DNA of 64,000 nucleotides from Cycas panzhihuaensis (GCA_023213395.1 CM041465.1:41857741-41921740); one strand, 5' to 3'; shown: positions 1-15,447, numbered from the stretch's first letter. The notes: generated by a model not told the origin, from the sequence alone. A program made the numbers and translations.

Positions 1-872
1 TTGAAGCTTGGACGTTCCCTTGATAATTAGGGTAATATGAGTGTCCCTTAGATTATTTTTCCTAATTTGGGTACCTAGGAGGATTCATATTTCATTAATT
101 TCCTCCTTACCTCCTTTGATGTAGAGCTTGGTACTTAGCTGGATCTTATCTCAAGTCCCTTTAGGGTTTCTATCCCTTCTCTTAAGAGGTGATTCTCTAA
201 ATTTTGAAGTACCCACTTGAGAGTGTGATTGAATCCTAGCCTTAGTGCAAAGGTATGCTCAAGTAATTCATTGGTATTCTATTGCTCTTTAACCAACATT
301 AACATGGCACTCAGTTGCTCTACTTTTAGTGTACTTAAATCTTTTAACACCCTTATACTTATTGTAACGATTTTAAATCTCCTAACACTACCTACACACC
401 TTAATATTCTTTCTAACACTCATTGTTCTATTAATGTATTCTCAAATGATCTCATTTGGTTGACTATATCTTGAACTTTAGTCATGAACTCTATTATTGA
501 TTCAATGGGTATCATTCACAAATTTTTAAATTTACTCCTAAGGTTTTGGAGCTTAGATGAAGCAGTTTCTTTATAGATTAGCTAGAGGGTATCCCATGCT
601 TCCTTTGATTTAGTTGACTCGCTAACCCATGGGAAAACATGATCTTCTAATGTACAAAATATAAGTGTAAGTATTTCATTGTCCTTTTTTACATTTTCCT
701 TGTATGTTACCTTTTCAGCATTGTTGGCATTTTGTCTTAACTCACTATATTATGTTTTCACAATCTCCCACATATCATTAGCAATGAGGATGAGTCTCAT
801 CCTCCTACTTCAGTTTAGAAAATTATTACCAACAAATTTAGGAATTATCATGTTTCTAAAACTAGATGTCAT
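1..872 (-). pseudogene. copia gag remnant
   Basis: Minus-strand translation aligns by eye with the + strand gag at 4593-5400; contains stops. Confidence 0.8.
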
Positions 873-3800
873 CTTTTAGCTAAGGTTTAAAAAATGATAA
901 ACAAAGTGAGGTTTACAAAGATTTGAGTTTGAATTTTAACCTAAGGAATAATGTCCAAAGTTTTGCCTAAAGTTTTCAAAGTCTCCTAGTCCTTAATAAG
1001 GTTTCTAAGCTCTAAGTTCAAGGGTCTCCAAGGGAAACCTCCAGTTTATATTTTGTCTAGTGATGATTACCCATAAGGGGCAAAACAGGGACCCAATATA
1101 TTAGTATATGAGCTCAAGGCTTGATATACCTTAGTACGTGGGCTACTATGAAGGTTGTTACATCCTCATGAGTTATTGGTCCATCTACACTGGACTTATT
1201 CCTAGTAACAGATCTAACAATGAAGGTTAAACTAACCAAGACACTCACCCTCTCAAGGTCTAGCCTTGGTCTCCAAAAATTGATAAAAGATTGGTTCTCC
1301 ACCTCAGCCTACCACCTAATATACCTTATAGCCAATGAATTTCCTCATCCAATTTGAGTAGGATGATTGGTGTGTGCATGGTGATAACTTTAGGGGTCCT
1401 AATTATTCCTCTTATAAAGCTAAAAATATGGTCTTACTTAGCTTTTATAAGATTCCTTTATGTAGGGAATGAAAATAACTCAAAAAATAAGTCCTTTAAG
1501 CAAGACAAAATATAAAAATCAAATTTTCATGAAATGGAAATATGATTCAAACTTCCTTCGAATGAAAATATATTATAAACTTTTTTTAAATCATAATAAA
1601 GTAAGTAAATGAATCAATGATGCTCTTCTTCTTCAAATGAACTAAGAAATATAAGCTAGTATGCAAACTAGTATTTTTAAGTTGATATATTTGTAGGAAA
1701 GACAACAAACTATATGCTCCTTTTAAATGTAATTTAATAAGAAATCCTTTAATGCTTTGAATGTCAACTAGGTTTCAGAATATCAAATTGAACTTTAAGA
1801 CAAAATAAATAATCAATGAAATTTTGCAACTTTCAAGTTGAGAAAATAAACTAAAGCTTTTGATTAAAAAATAGAATGATTTCTTGACTAATATGCAAGT
1901 CAAAGATATAGGATTTTAAATGCCAAATTGTTCCTTTATAAAGAAAGAATAACTATATGAAACTTAAAATTTATAAATAGAATCTATGCTTAAAGTGATT
2001 AAAAATGCTAAGTATATTCATTTGATAATATAAAAAATTAAACAGATTCAATGTAGATAGTACTCGTTTATTATTTTTATAGCACTTAGGTTACTTGAAG
2101 CTTAAGGTCCTGAAAACAATATTAGTTGGTTGCAAAATAGCTTAGAATGTATATAAAAAGCCAATAATAACTCCAAAAATTAATTAACAATAAACAATAC
2201 TTCAAATATAATCATTTAAAATAATGAAATACTCAAAAGATATTATTAAACAAGCATGTCTAGGGCTAAAATAGAACCTCAATTTGATTAGCTTAAAAAA
2301 CCTATAAAATAATGTCAAAACATAATAAAACTAATTCCAACATAAAGTTCTCTAAAATGCCTTTCTGGAAAAATCTTATGGTTTGAAAATCGAAGTTGAA
2401 ATGACTAAATTATTACAAAAAATGTGAATAGGCCTCTTTATGGCTAATAGAATAACTACTAAGAGAAGGTGTCACTTTGATCGATTAAAACTTAGCTAAA
2501 ACAAGCTCAAACTTGACAAGTGATAATACCACACTAAAGATCTGTGAAATACAATTCTAATGAGACTAGTTTTACTAAAAATTGATATGCCAAGGATAAG
2601 TTATAGCATTAAATATGATAGGTGCTCTTTGGCAAAAAATATAAAGAAAGGCTTAATAAAGTAAGTTAGCCCCTTTTGAAAAATAGGGTGCACGGTCATA
2701 TGGAGTAGTTTTAAACTAAAAATCATATCTCTGTAGGATATATAAAACTTCAGCACTTAGTAAATGCTCATCTATGCTTGCAGATAGCCAAGATCAAAAA
2801 ATATCCAAAAAAAGATGAAAAAAACTCTTAATAAAGTTTGTAGAGATAGGTAATATTCAAAGGAGTTAGGGGGCAACTGAAGGGAGCTAAATACCTTTTA
2901 TAAACCTAAATTTCAAATAGAATTAATAAGATTTAAATTTTTAATAACTTTAAGAAACTTTATAATATAACCAAATATGATTTAATAATCAAAAATATAT
3001 ATGAAAAATGAATTTTTTTAATGGCATGAAGCTGCATGACATTTGTCGAGATGCAAAGAGGAAAACAATTAAAAAAAACACTAAAAAATAATTTAAGAAC
3101 TTTGGATCTTCAATGTGATAAGGGGTGCACTCATCTATAGAGTTGATCAAGCAATAATAGACACCAAAAAATGAGAAATCAAATGGTAACCAATACGAAG
3201 TGAGAGAGATATAGGGAGAGGAATGATTGACCAGATAAAGGAGTAAAGATCGATATCAATTAAAATAAATATTGAATACTATTCAAATCTCTTCTTACTT
3301 ACTCAAAAAGAGGGACACCCAAATATGCAGGCTCAAATCATAAAAAAATTTCAAAAAATTACTTGTTATAAGTTAAAAAATGAAGGAAAAGCCTAGACAC
3401 AAAGGTTCACTCAATTCAAACTTCTCACAGGGTGCACAAATTCTCACAACATTTTAGGCATAGATAGGTATGTTTAGTAGCCATATGTTAGTGAAGTTTC
3501 ATGAAGAATGATCACTTGTAGATTTAGAATGAAGCTACATAGTAAAATAAGCAAAAATGGACATATGGTGACTCTGGGAGAGATTTCTCTCAACACAAGC
3601 AACAAAAATATGTGAGATTTCTTCTAGTAGCTAGATGATTCAATTGTAAATAGGACAAATAGTCATATGCAATAGTTCTGAGCAATGTGGGAGGCACACC
3701 AACTAGTTCTAAAATAGCTACCAATGGTTCCAAAAATAAAGAAATGGAAAACCAACATAATAAAATAAAATATTAATAAATATGAATGATTTTCTCTAAA

Positions 3801-3902
3801 GTTTAAATACCTCCATTGAAATAATATTAACTCATACTAAAATAACATGACATAGTACCATGAGATTCCTCGTGTCCACCAAACACTGGCTCTGATATCA
3901 AA

Positions 3903-4259
3903 TGTTAGAAGCAAGGTGTAGAGTAGGAGATTACATTAGTGAGTGCATAGTTAGAAAGAGAAAATTGAATTTCTTAATAATATATTGGCAGTGTTAAAAA
4001 ATACCAAGGAGGTATTCCCACTCTATTTATAGGCAAGTTTGGGGAGGTAACAAGTCCCCCAACCTGACATAATAAAAATTTTAAATTATATTAAAAATAT
4101 TAAGCGATAATTAAATGTGTACCTTAATATGGATGTGTCAGCTCTTTTGGTGATTGGCGGTAGTTGCTAGGTGGCTCAAGGTGTCCTAAGGAGGCCCAAG
4201 GTGGCTTTGAGGAGTCCTAGGTACACATTCACATAGGAACATTAGGTATTATCCCAACA
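3903..4259 (-). repeat. 5' LTR of minus-strand copia
   Basis: tgttgg...ctaaca termini, TATA-like ctataaata, adjacent PBS; related to the LTR at 8847-9166. Confidence 0.8.
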
Positions 4260-7200
4260 TTTTATGGCCTACATACTGAGGTATATAAAGCCAAGAGCTT
4301 ACGTACTAGTATATTAGGTCCATGATTTACCACTTATGGGGAGGCACCACTAGATAGGATAGTAATTAAAGGTTTCCCTTAGAGACCCATAAGCTTAGAG
4401 CCTAGAAATATTTTTAGGGACTAGGACACTTATCAAATCTTTTGGGATAACTATAAACTTTATTTGAGATAACTACAAAATCTTATTTGGGACAACTATA
4501 ATATTAAGGACATTTTATTAACCATATTTGGGCAACTATACCTTACGAACATTTTATCAAAGGATATTTATTAAGACTTTAGTTAAGATACAACGGTAGC
4601 TAATTTTAGAAACATGATTATTCTAAAGTTTAATGGGTCCAATTTCTTGAACTCAAGTAGGAGGATGAGACCCATTCTCATCGCCAAAGATATATGGGAC
4701 ATTATGAGAATAGGATACATAGAACTAGGACAAAATGTAATAGATCCAGATAAATTAGCATATAAGGAGAATGTAAAGAAGGGAAATGAGGCCCTTGAAT
4801 TAATATTTTATGCCCTAAAGGATCATATATTTCCTAAGGTAAGTGAGGCAACAAAATCTAAGGAAGATTGGGGCACCTTATAGTTGATTTATGAAGGGGT
4901 AACTTCATTTAAGTTGCAAACTTTGAGGAGCTTATTTGAAAACCTAAGTATACTACCTAATAAATTAGTTATAAAATTCATGACCAAGGTCTAAGACCTT
5001 GTCAATCAGATGAGATCTCTTGGAGAAACATTAACTAAAAAAGAATGATTGAGAGAATCTTAAGGTGTATTGGTGAGGTAAAAAGGTTTGAAATGGTGGA
5101 AACTATTATAGAGGTATCAAAAGATTTGAGTACCTTGAAAATTAAACAACTAAGTGACATGTTGATGGCATTTGAGGAGAAGAAGAATACAAGTGATTCA
5201 CTTGAGTATGCATTTGCAACCAAGGCAAGGATATAATCAAACTCACAAGCTGGAACCTCCAAATCTAGGGACCAATCCCCAAGAGGAAGAGAAATAAACC
5301 CTAGACAAGAAATATGCCAAGAAAAATAAGCAAGGTATCAAGCTCCATATCAAAGATGATAAGGAGTAAATCAAAGGAATTCTAGCCAAATTTGATACCA
5401 AAGTTAAGAGTGGCACCATGGGACAAACCAATATTATCATAATTTTCAAGGGGACATGCAATCTTAAAGGACCAATTTCAATTATCCTAATGACAGACAA
5501 AGGGATAATCAAGCCCCATATTTTAAAAGAAGAAGACCATCTAATGTTGATAGAACCAATTCTCATAGTAGAATTCTTAGTTATAGTAGAAGGGATTTAC
5601 TTCACTACTTATTTTGCAATAGAGTTGGTTACATAAAAGATAAATATTTTGCCAAGAATGGTCCACCTACTAGGGGAAGTTCTAATATAGCTGTGGAAAC
5701 AAGGGAGAATGATCGATTATTCCTCTCTAGCTTTATTACTCATGAGGAATAAGATGACAGTTAGTATATTAATTCTGGTTGCTCCACCCATATGACACAC
5801 AAACAAGATAATTTTTAAACCAAGGATAGAACTAGAAAAGGGTCTATTATGTTTAGGGATGACACATCTCATGAATTTATTGGTAGAGGAAATATCATCC
5901 TATAGATTGAAGCAGGTGAATATAAACATCTAGATGATGTAATTTATGTTCCAACGTTCAAAAAGAATCTTTTATCAATAGGATAGATGATGGGTAAAGG
6001 TTACAAAGTTATATTTAACAATGGAGAATGCACCATTAAGGATAAAAGAAAGAGTAAGGCAATAGTTTCCAAAGGAAAAATGACTAAAGACTAACTTTTC
6101 AAGCTAGTCCTCACTCCTTTAGATACTCATACCTTAAGAACAACAATCAAGCCTAATAATGATACGTGGCATAAGAGATTTGATCATTTAAATTATAATA
6201 GCTTCACACTCATGAAGAAAATGGATATGGTTAATAGGTTACCTCACATTGAAGTGGATAAAAATATTTGTGAAGGGTGTCTCCTTAGAAAACAACATAG
6301 AGAAGGTTTTCTAGATGGTAGCTATAGAGCAAAAGGACCACTCCAGCTAGTCTATATAGATCTTTATGGCCTCATGGATATGCCTTTACTAGTAGGTACT
6401 AGGTACTTTCTTATATTCATTGATAACTATATAAGAAAAACTTGGGTTTATTTATTAAAGTTTAAGTCTGATGTATTCTAATACTTTGTTGACTTCAAAA
6501 CATTTATGGAGAGGTAAAGTAAATATAAACTACTTTGCCTAAGATCAGATAATAGGGGAGAGTTCATCTCAAATGAGTTTAAGGCCTTTTGTATATATCA
6601 TAGAATCAGGAGACAACTTGCAAATCCTTACACCCCTCAACAAGATGGGGTAGCTAAAAGAAAGAACCACACCATAGTTGAGATGGTTAGGTGCATGTTA
6701 AAGGATAAAAGATTGGGACATGAATTCTAAGCCAAGGCAGTCCACACTATTATTTATTTACTTAATAGGTGTACCACCAAATCCCTTAGGTGGATGACAC
6801 TTAAGAAGCATAGACTAGATACTAACCTAGTTTCCACCATTTAAGAGTTTTTGGTTGCTTAGCTTATGCCCATGTCCCTGAACAAAAAAGGACTAAGTTA
6901 GATGATCATAGCACCAAATGTATATTCAGTAGCTATAATGATGCCTAGAAATCTTATAAGGTCTATGATCCCAAAACACAAAAATTCATTATGAATAGAG
7001 ATGTTATCTTCTAAGAAAATAATTGTTATCACATTTATTATGATTAGGACAAAGTAAAAGATGCCATGATAAATATTGATTCAACCACTAGGCCCATATA
7101 TATACCACCTAAGCAGGACTCTAGACAAACTATTGATATAGCAAGTGGGGAGGGAACCTTCTTTGAACCTCTAATACAAAGATTTCCTAAATGGGTTCAA

Positions 7201-9166
7201 AGGAAGCATTATATGGATAACATTTTGGACAATGACTATAATATAAGATCTACCCATTCCCATAGAGTAAATTTTGCCCTTATGAGTTAAGTCATAGAGT
7301 CTCATGAGCCTCATACCTTTGATGAGGCCAATATATATAATAATTAGAGAAAAGTAATAGAGGAGGAATATAACTCCATATTAAAAAATGATACATGGGA
7401 ACCAGTTAACCTTCCTCCTAAAAAAAGGCTATTGGTACCAAATAGATCTATAAAACCAAGTTTAAATATGATAGATTAATTGATAAACATAAGGCTAGAC
7501 TCATTATAAAAGGATATGCCCAAAGAGAAGGCATAGACTATAGTGAAACATTTGCTCATATCACTCACATAGAAACTATTCGTATAATGTTGATTTTAGC
7601 TACACCAAATAGATGGGATGTTTACCAAATGGATGTTAAAAGTGCATTTCTTAGTGGGTATATTGAAGAAGATATCTATGTCCACCAACCCTAAGGTTTT
7701 GAATTCAAGGGAGAATAAGACAATGTATATAAACTTAAAAAGGTACTTTATGGACTAAAACAAGCATCCAGGGTATGGTATTCCTGAATCGACAAATATT
7801 TCAAAAACTAAGGATTCAAAAAATCTCAATTGGATCTAAATTTATATATCAAGATCAAAGGAGACTCTATCCTAATAGTGGGACTTTATGTAGATGAACT
7901 TGTCTATACAGGAAATGAATCCCATCTTTCATAGAAGTTTAAGGAAGATATATATAAGGAGTTTGAAATGACAGATTTGGGCTTAATGCATTACTTCTTA
8001 GATTTGGAAGTATGGCAAGATAAAGATAGCATCTTCATTTCCCAAAGAAACTATACCTTGGACTTACTCCAAAAGTTCAAAATGAATGATTACAAATCCC
8101 TAGCCATACCAGCTGAAGTTGGAATCAAGTTATCTAAAATTGATAAGTTTGCACCAGTGGATCCCATACTCTACACATAATTAATTAGTAGTCTGATGTA
8201 TCTAATATCAACATGACTAGACATTATATATGCAGTCAACGTTGTGTCAAGATTCATGTAAGATCCTAAGTCCACTCATTGGCAAGTAGCAAAAAGGATC
8301 TTACAATACTTAAAGGGCATAATAGAATATGGATTACATTATAAACCTTCACCAAATTTTAGATTAACCGGGTACATAGATTCAGATTAGGTAGACAACA
8401 TTGATGATAGAAAATCTACTTTAGGTTATACTTTCAGTTTGGGTTTAGCAGTTATAGCATGGATTGCCAAGAAATAGAATATGATTTTCCTATTTACAAT
8501 AGAAGTAGAATATAAAGTAACAATATTAGGTACATGTAAAATTATATGGTTATGATGACTCCTACAAGATCTTTAAATAGAACAAAAAGGGCCAATTAAG
8601 ATTTGGTGTGATAATCAAAACACTATTTAGATGACTTGGAATTTAGTATTTCATGGCTGAACCAAATATATTAAAATTCAACATCACTTCATTTGAGAAT
8701 TAGTTCATGCAGGCGAGATCGAGTTAGTATATTGTAGCACTAAAGGTTAAACAATTGATATATTCACCAAGCCATTAGGAAAAATCAAGTTCCATAAATT
8801 TAGAGATAAACTTGGAATTTTATACAATGGACATTATGGGGTAGAATGTTGGAATAAGGCCCCTTATGAAATGGTATGCAAGCTACCAAAGTTGACCTCG
8901 GGCCACCAAGAGCTAACTCATAGCTACCATATGTCGATCAGGTAAGTATTATATGTCATTTTATTTATTTTTTATTATTTATTACTAATGTTGGGTTGAG
9001 GTGGCCCCTCGACTCTCCAAACTATATATTTAATGGGAGTAACTCACTGGTGTTTTTTCAACACCACCTTCCTTCTATAGAGATTATTTATATTCTTCAG
9101 CAATGGATCAAGCTTTGTAATCTGCCTACTCTACTCACATCACCAATAATGTTAAAATGTCTAACA
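4260..9166 (+). mobile_element. Ty1/copia retrotransposon (5' part displaced by the 1-4259 insertion), decayed gag-PR-INT-RT-RH and 3' LTR
   Basis: gag 4593-5650; PR (NSGCSTHM, ~5770); INT (WHKRFDH, CEGC, YTPQQDG); RT (YQMDVKSAF, LYVDE); RH (WCDNQ, DIFTKPL); PPT ggggtagaa at 8838-8846; LTR 8847-9166. Confidence 0.9.
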
Positions 9167-9689
9167 TTACTTTTCCTCTAAAGAGAAAGTTAATTACAAT
9201 ATCTAGAGAAAAAAGATATCTAAATCATGCCCAAATAGGCAAGAAACCAAGGAATGGGTTTATTTTAGATCATATGATAACGGTGCCCATATTGTATATT
9301 TTAAAATTGACTCTAAACTACTCATTGTTAAAGAAGTCATCTACTATACTAAATGGGTAGAGTTGAGAAAGGTTTAAGTGATGAAAGATAAATTTTTATA
9401 ACCATAAAAATAATAATAATAATAATAATAAAATAAAGTGTATAGTTAATCTCATAAAAAATTATATTTCTTTAAAAATAATATTCTAAGAGACTATGGG
9501 ATTCAAATATGAGATCTTCCAAAATAATTTGAAACATTTGATCTCCAACAAGTACCAAAGGAGTAAAATCATTGTAAATATTTAAATGAATAAGAACATA
9601 TTTCATATTTAATATCTAAAAATAATGAAACACAAGCTATGATAAACATTTTGCCTATTCTAATTAACAAAAAGTATCCTAAATCTTTT

Positions 9690-10530
9690 TGTTAGATTTT
9701 TAAATTTAAGTATGATATCATATTACCATGTAATGAGTATATGCATCAAAAATATAATAAGTATGTATAATGAATGATTTATCTCATGAGGAATATGCAC
9801 ATATAAAGGAATAAACATGAATATAAAGTAAATAATAGATCAAATATATACCACAAAAGAGATAATAGATATATATATAAAAAACTCAATATAGAAAAGT
9901 CATAGGAGAAGGTGGAGCTCAGAATACCTCTTAGATATAAAAATACGTGCATCTCCTCTCTCAAGTTCTCAAGTAGTGTGTGTAAATATTTATAGTAATA
10001 GTCCCCTCATGAGTAGCCTATAATTTCTCTTAAGTCTTTATATCATTTAATAGGATATTTACATAGATATATATGCATTTCACATCTCTCAATATATTTG
10101 ATGAGTGGGTCCACTATCATTAACATTAAACATTATATATGTGAATAATATATTTAAATATTTACATATTCTAGCATTCCCCCTTTAATGTTTAATGTCT
10201 TTAATTTGCTATTCTCATTACCTTAGTCTTTAATGTATTTATATCTGCTATATCCTATAACCTGTGTCAATTTGTATTTATATCAATCTAAATAAAGTTG
10301 TAACCTATATCATCACCTATAACCTATAAATTTATCATCTATTAAGTTTGTCTCCTATAAATAATAACCTATAAAACATCTATAGTAAATAATTTATAGT
10401 AAACTTGTAGTCATCTATGATAAATAATGACTAACTATAAATAACCAACCTATAATATATACTAATTATTATCTATCAATATCAGAGAATATATAAAATG
10501 TTTTCCTAAACATTTTTATATCTTTACCTT
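9690..10530 (-). mobile_element. 3' LTR plus PPT fragment of an old LTR element
   Basis: ...attctagca ends at 10176, followed by ttcccccttt (minus-strand PPT). LTR start (tgttag at 9690) is uncertain. Confidence 0.45.
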
Positions 10531-13500
10531 TGTTAGAAACAATCTTTTATTAAAATCTAATGTTATATTTATGAACTTTGTTATAAACTTTATTTATTAT
10601 GTATTTAATTCTTATGTACTAAAAGTTCAGTGAAATGGATTATTTCCATTTCAATGAACTCTAGCGTATCTTTTTAAATAATTATTCAAGAATCTATGTG
10701 CAAGGGTTGACTATGTGATTACACATCCCTGGTCAAGCTAGTAGAGTAGAGAGAGAAGATGAGATCCTCATTTTCTATCTATGTATTCTTATTTTATTCT
10801 AATAATATATTACTATATTCTTAGGTGGATTTTCTTCCCTTATAGGGTTTTTTTACTTGTCAAATCTGGTGTGTATTATTTATTCACATTCAATGTATTA
10901 TGCTTATGATTTAAATTATTTTAATCCATGATACCCTCTCTTCAACATGGTATTAGAGCGTATTTACCTCCTTTGAAGTAGGTTCATGAATATATGGACA
11001 TATAAAAGTAAAGATTCTATAAATTAATTTAAACTCATATCAACTTACTTCAAGATCTACTAAAAATAAAATCATAAATGAAGACCAGCTGCTCCATTTA
11101 AAGCTTTATGGCACGAATCCTAAGGAATTATCATAATGAAGGAGCCTTGACAAGCGTACATTCATCTATAGTAAGAAGGCATATGTATTTATTCTGAGGT
11201 GGACATATACTTATAAATAACTATAAAAACTCTTATAAAGATAAACCTACATTGTTTACTAAGAAACTTGATTCAAGTGTCAACCTTCAAGGGATGATAG
11301 GATATATTTCAAAATAGATATTTGGAGTAATAACATTTAGGCCTCCTAGTTAGTGTCATCTGCATGTAGTCTTCACATAGATTGGAGGTTGCCAGCATAC
11401 CACCGCAACCATTATGCATGCATAGTTGCAACTCTTATGCAAATGCTGGAGATACAAATTCATTCTAAGTAGGAATTCAAAGCATAGCCATTCAAGAGAA
11501 GTCTACTGAAGAAGATGCCATAGAATCTAGAAGAAGGCCAAATACAAAACTTTTTAAAGGCCATAGCTCTTAAAATCATGCAGCTCCAAATGCTCTCTTC
11601 ATGTGTTGATCCTTAAAGATGACTATAGCCTTTGAGAGGAAGAGAATTCAAGGTGAAGAGTTATTTCATAGTATTTTCACATGCAAATTAAAATTAAAAG
11701 ATCATCCAAATGAAAAATATCTAACTCCAAGTAGTTACAATTACAAACACGAAGATACCATGCATTAATGGAGAGAAATGGCATAAATGTTTTATAAAAA
11801 TTTGATCCTAAAATCTCTATTTTAGACATAAATCTGATTTGGGTAAAAAAATCAATTCAAAACCCTATGCTTAGGGTTAAAATTATTCTATTTTTTTATT
11901 TTTTTATTTGGAAAGAATCCAAATAATTATTAAAACTTATTTAATGTTTTTACAATTATAAAAATATTTAAATTTACTTAATTACTATTTTAAGTCCATA
12001 ACACCTTCACTTGACAACCCCTACTCCTATCAACCCCTTATATGACCCTAATACTATTGTGAAAGGGGCTTAAACCCTTAATATTCAACCCCCCTTATTT
12101 CAAAAAATAGGTACTTGAACTATTTTTATCATAACTTCATCATCTGGAATTAGAATTTAATTCTGAAAGTTGTATCAAAATCTTAACTCAGATGCTAACG
12201 ATTTGACTAGTCACTTGATCATTTTTTATAGCATTTTGATTATGAAAACATAATGCAAAGTCAATGGAACTAACCACAACTAGGTAAGTTTAGGTATGTG
12301 ATGCAAACTAGTAATTTTTTAATAATTTTTTAATGTTATTTCTTCAATTTAATATGTTATTAATCATTTGGTAATTTAGTAAAGTAATCGCATCATTTTA
12401 CCACTTATTTTTTAATAAATTTAGTCCATTTATTTATAAGTAATTTAACTATTATTTTAATATTATTTATTGTAAATGATATTTTAATTAATGTAAATAT
12501 TTATAAATTTGATTTAATTCTCAATATATATGATTAAAAGCATAATTTCAAAACATTTGTAATTAATTTTTAATATGTTAAAAGGGTTAACTTTCCTATT
12601 TTATTCACAAAATTTCACAATTCATTTATAAATGCTTATGTATCTTTTTAAATCAATCTTATTTTTCCTTAATTATTGAAATAAAAATGTTGTGATTATC
12701 TTTATATAATATTTATGGCTTAAATATTTCAATTCTAAAGCTTATTCTTTCTTTATATTCACCTTATTATTCTTTTATTTTTTATTAAAAGAGAATCTCT
12801 GGATATAGGTTTATTTTTCCAAAATGGCAATCATGCTAGGAACAACCTCCTCCATGCAAATTCTAATTTTAAATGGCATAAATTATGCCAACTAGAAAAT
12901 CAAAGTATTTGACCAACTCAAATAACAAAATATTTGGCAGTATGTGACTAGAGAGTTTGCGAAACCTATCAACAAAATATCAGAGGCCTATATGGTTCAT
13001 CTAATGAATTGTGATGGAACCTTAGGTACTATTTTAACCTCTCGCTTACCAGATATATGTAGCCAGTTCTCTGACAAAAATAATATTGCCATGTGTATGC
13101 TATATTTAAGGGAAAATATAATAAGGTAGATATATGACAAGTAGTTATTCTTGAACAAAAAATATATGATTTGAAGCATAAAGATTCCTCTAGAGTTGAG
13201 GAATTTTTATTAAACCTTTAACTTATAAATATAGATTTAGGAAACTACATTAAATCTATAGTAAAAGAAGATGATAAGACCATAACAATAACTCATGCAA
13301 AAGATGATGATACACTTATCCATCTAGCCAATAACAAACTTCATAAATCTTTCACTCAATATAAAACTACCAGGTAGTAGTGTGAACACTCTTCTATTTT
13401 ATTTAATCAATCAACAAAGCAACTAGTTAAATACATCCAAACTGTAAAAATTCAAGATACTTATCAAGCTCTTTTTTCTAAGTCTAAGCCATAAAACAAA

Positions 13501-15435
13501 CTAAGAAACTAAAGCAATTATCAAAATAATCACAATAGTCATCTTAAATTCTAAAAATCTCATAGAGGTTCTACTTTAAACAATTATAATCAAAATTTTA
13601 AGTACTTAAGACCACCAAAAAATTAAAACTCACCTAAACAAGCATTCACAAAAAAGAATAATTTCAAACCTAATAATAAACAAATTGTTAGTTTTACCTA
13701 CTTCCATAAAAATGAGCACATAATAAATATTTATAGGAATAAAATCATCTCTGAAGTATGAAAAGCTTTAAAAGAGATCTAATCATAATCCCATAATTCT
13801 AATATTTCTCTAATTACCACTCCATCTACTTTTTTCTTTCTCCTACTTCATAACCACCCTTATGGATCTTAGATTTAGGTTCTTTTCACTATATGATAGG
13901 ACATCAAGAATATTTATCCACTTATCAACCTGATTTCAATTTCAAAGAGGAAATCTCTTTCAAAAGTGATTCTCAATTAAAAATCAAAGAAATTGGTTAT
14001 GTAACTTTAAACGATGGTTCCATAAATGATGTATTTTTTGTTTTAGGTTTATTACCTAATCTTTTATCTGTTTATTAAATCTACCAAAAGGAACTTATTG
14101 TCAAATTCTAGAAAGATAAATTTGTTATCAAGTAACACTTTAATAAATTTAAACATATTGCTTTAGAACCTATTGACCATAAAATAGGTCTATATAGTTG
14201 GATAAATCTAAATCATTCTAAAACTAAACCTATCACTACTTTCATAGCTCTATCTGACCCAGTTAGTAAACTTTAGCATGCATAGTTTGGCTATACAAGT
14301 TATGGAAAACTATGGTACTTAATCAACATGATATTGTTCATGGACTTCCACCCTTATCAACAATTTACAGTGTTTTTGAAGCATGTGTAATAAATAAATG
14401 ATACCTAGATTTTTTCCCTCATCGAACCTCATTTTGAGTAAAATTACCACTTGAACTTATGTATTTATATATTTGTGGTCCCTTCCAAGTACCATCGTAT
14501 TATGGATATAAATATTTTATTATCTTTAACATTTATTTAAGAAAGTATTGGGTCTATATACTTAAAAGTAGAAGTCAAGTATTTTATACCTTTATTAAAT
14601 TCAAAATGATAGTTGAAAATTAATTCAACTCAAAAATTAAAATCTTTAGATCTGAAAATGCCAAGGAATATTTAAGAAATAAATTTATTTCATTCTATAA
14701 AAATCATAGAATAAGATTTCAATATTATGTTGCCTATACTTCTCAACAAAATGGTATTGCTGAATGTAAGAACCATGCCTTAGTTAAAATGGCTAGATAC
14801 ATATTACATACGAAAAGTCTTTACTTAAAATTATGGGTTGAAGTAATAGCTTACTTCAATTACTTATTAAATCAATTACCAAGCAAATCTTTACAGAATG
14901 TTATACCAGAGAAAAAGTGGTCTAGTTATATATGATCCATCAGATACTAGAAGAACCTAATCACAAAAGTTACAAGCTAATTTTACTTTAATGGGTAAAG
15001 TAATAGCTAATAATGATTTTAAAATATTCAAGGAATCTTGTAATAATTTAGAATGGAAAGAAGGCAATGAAATAGAATATGATGCTCTTCAAAAAAATTC
15101 AACTTAGAATTTAGTTCCAATACTAATAGGTAAAAATTTAGTAGACTATACATGGGTTTACTAAACCAAATATAACTTTGAAAGAGCTATAGAAAAATAT
15201 AAGACACATTTGGTAGGCAAAGGTTTTTTCTCAAATTGATGGTATTGACTATACCAAATTTTTTTCTCTTATTATAAAAATGAGTAGAATTAAAACTATT
15301 ATTACTCTTATAGACAAGTTTGGCTAGCAAATACATCAAATAGATGTAAAGAATATTTTTTAAATAGTGATTTTAATGAAGAAATCTATGTCCTAACCTC
15401 CTAATTTTATATCTAATCCTAATCTTATTTGTATC
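10531..15435 (+). mobile_element. Truncated, highly decayed Ty1/copia (5' LTR, PBS, gag, PR, INT, partial RT)
   Basis: LTR 10531-10947; PBS tggtattagagc at 10948-10959; gag from ~12824; PR ~13865; INT 14270-14930 (ICGP, YTSQQNG); RT 15050-15430 (HQIDVKN). No 3' LTR seen. Confidence 0.8.
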
Positions 15436-15447
15436 AAACTTTCAACA

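Larger units (their letters stand above)
1..4259 (-). mobile_element. Ty1/copia LTR retrotransposon, 5' part (5' LTR, PBS, ~3 kb leader, gag start); continues beyond the window's left edge
   Basis: LTR 3903-4259 (TG...CA). Met-i PBS tgatatcagagcc on the minus strand at 3900-3888. Decayed gag from ATG 872 (MTSSFRNMIIPKFVGNNFLN*SRRMR), homologous to the gag at 4614. Confidence 0.85.
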
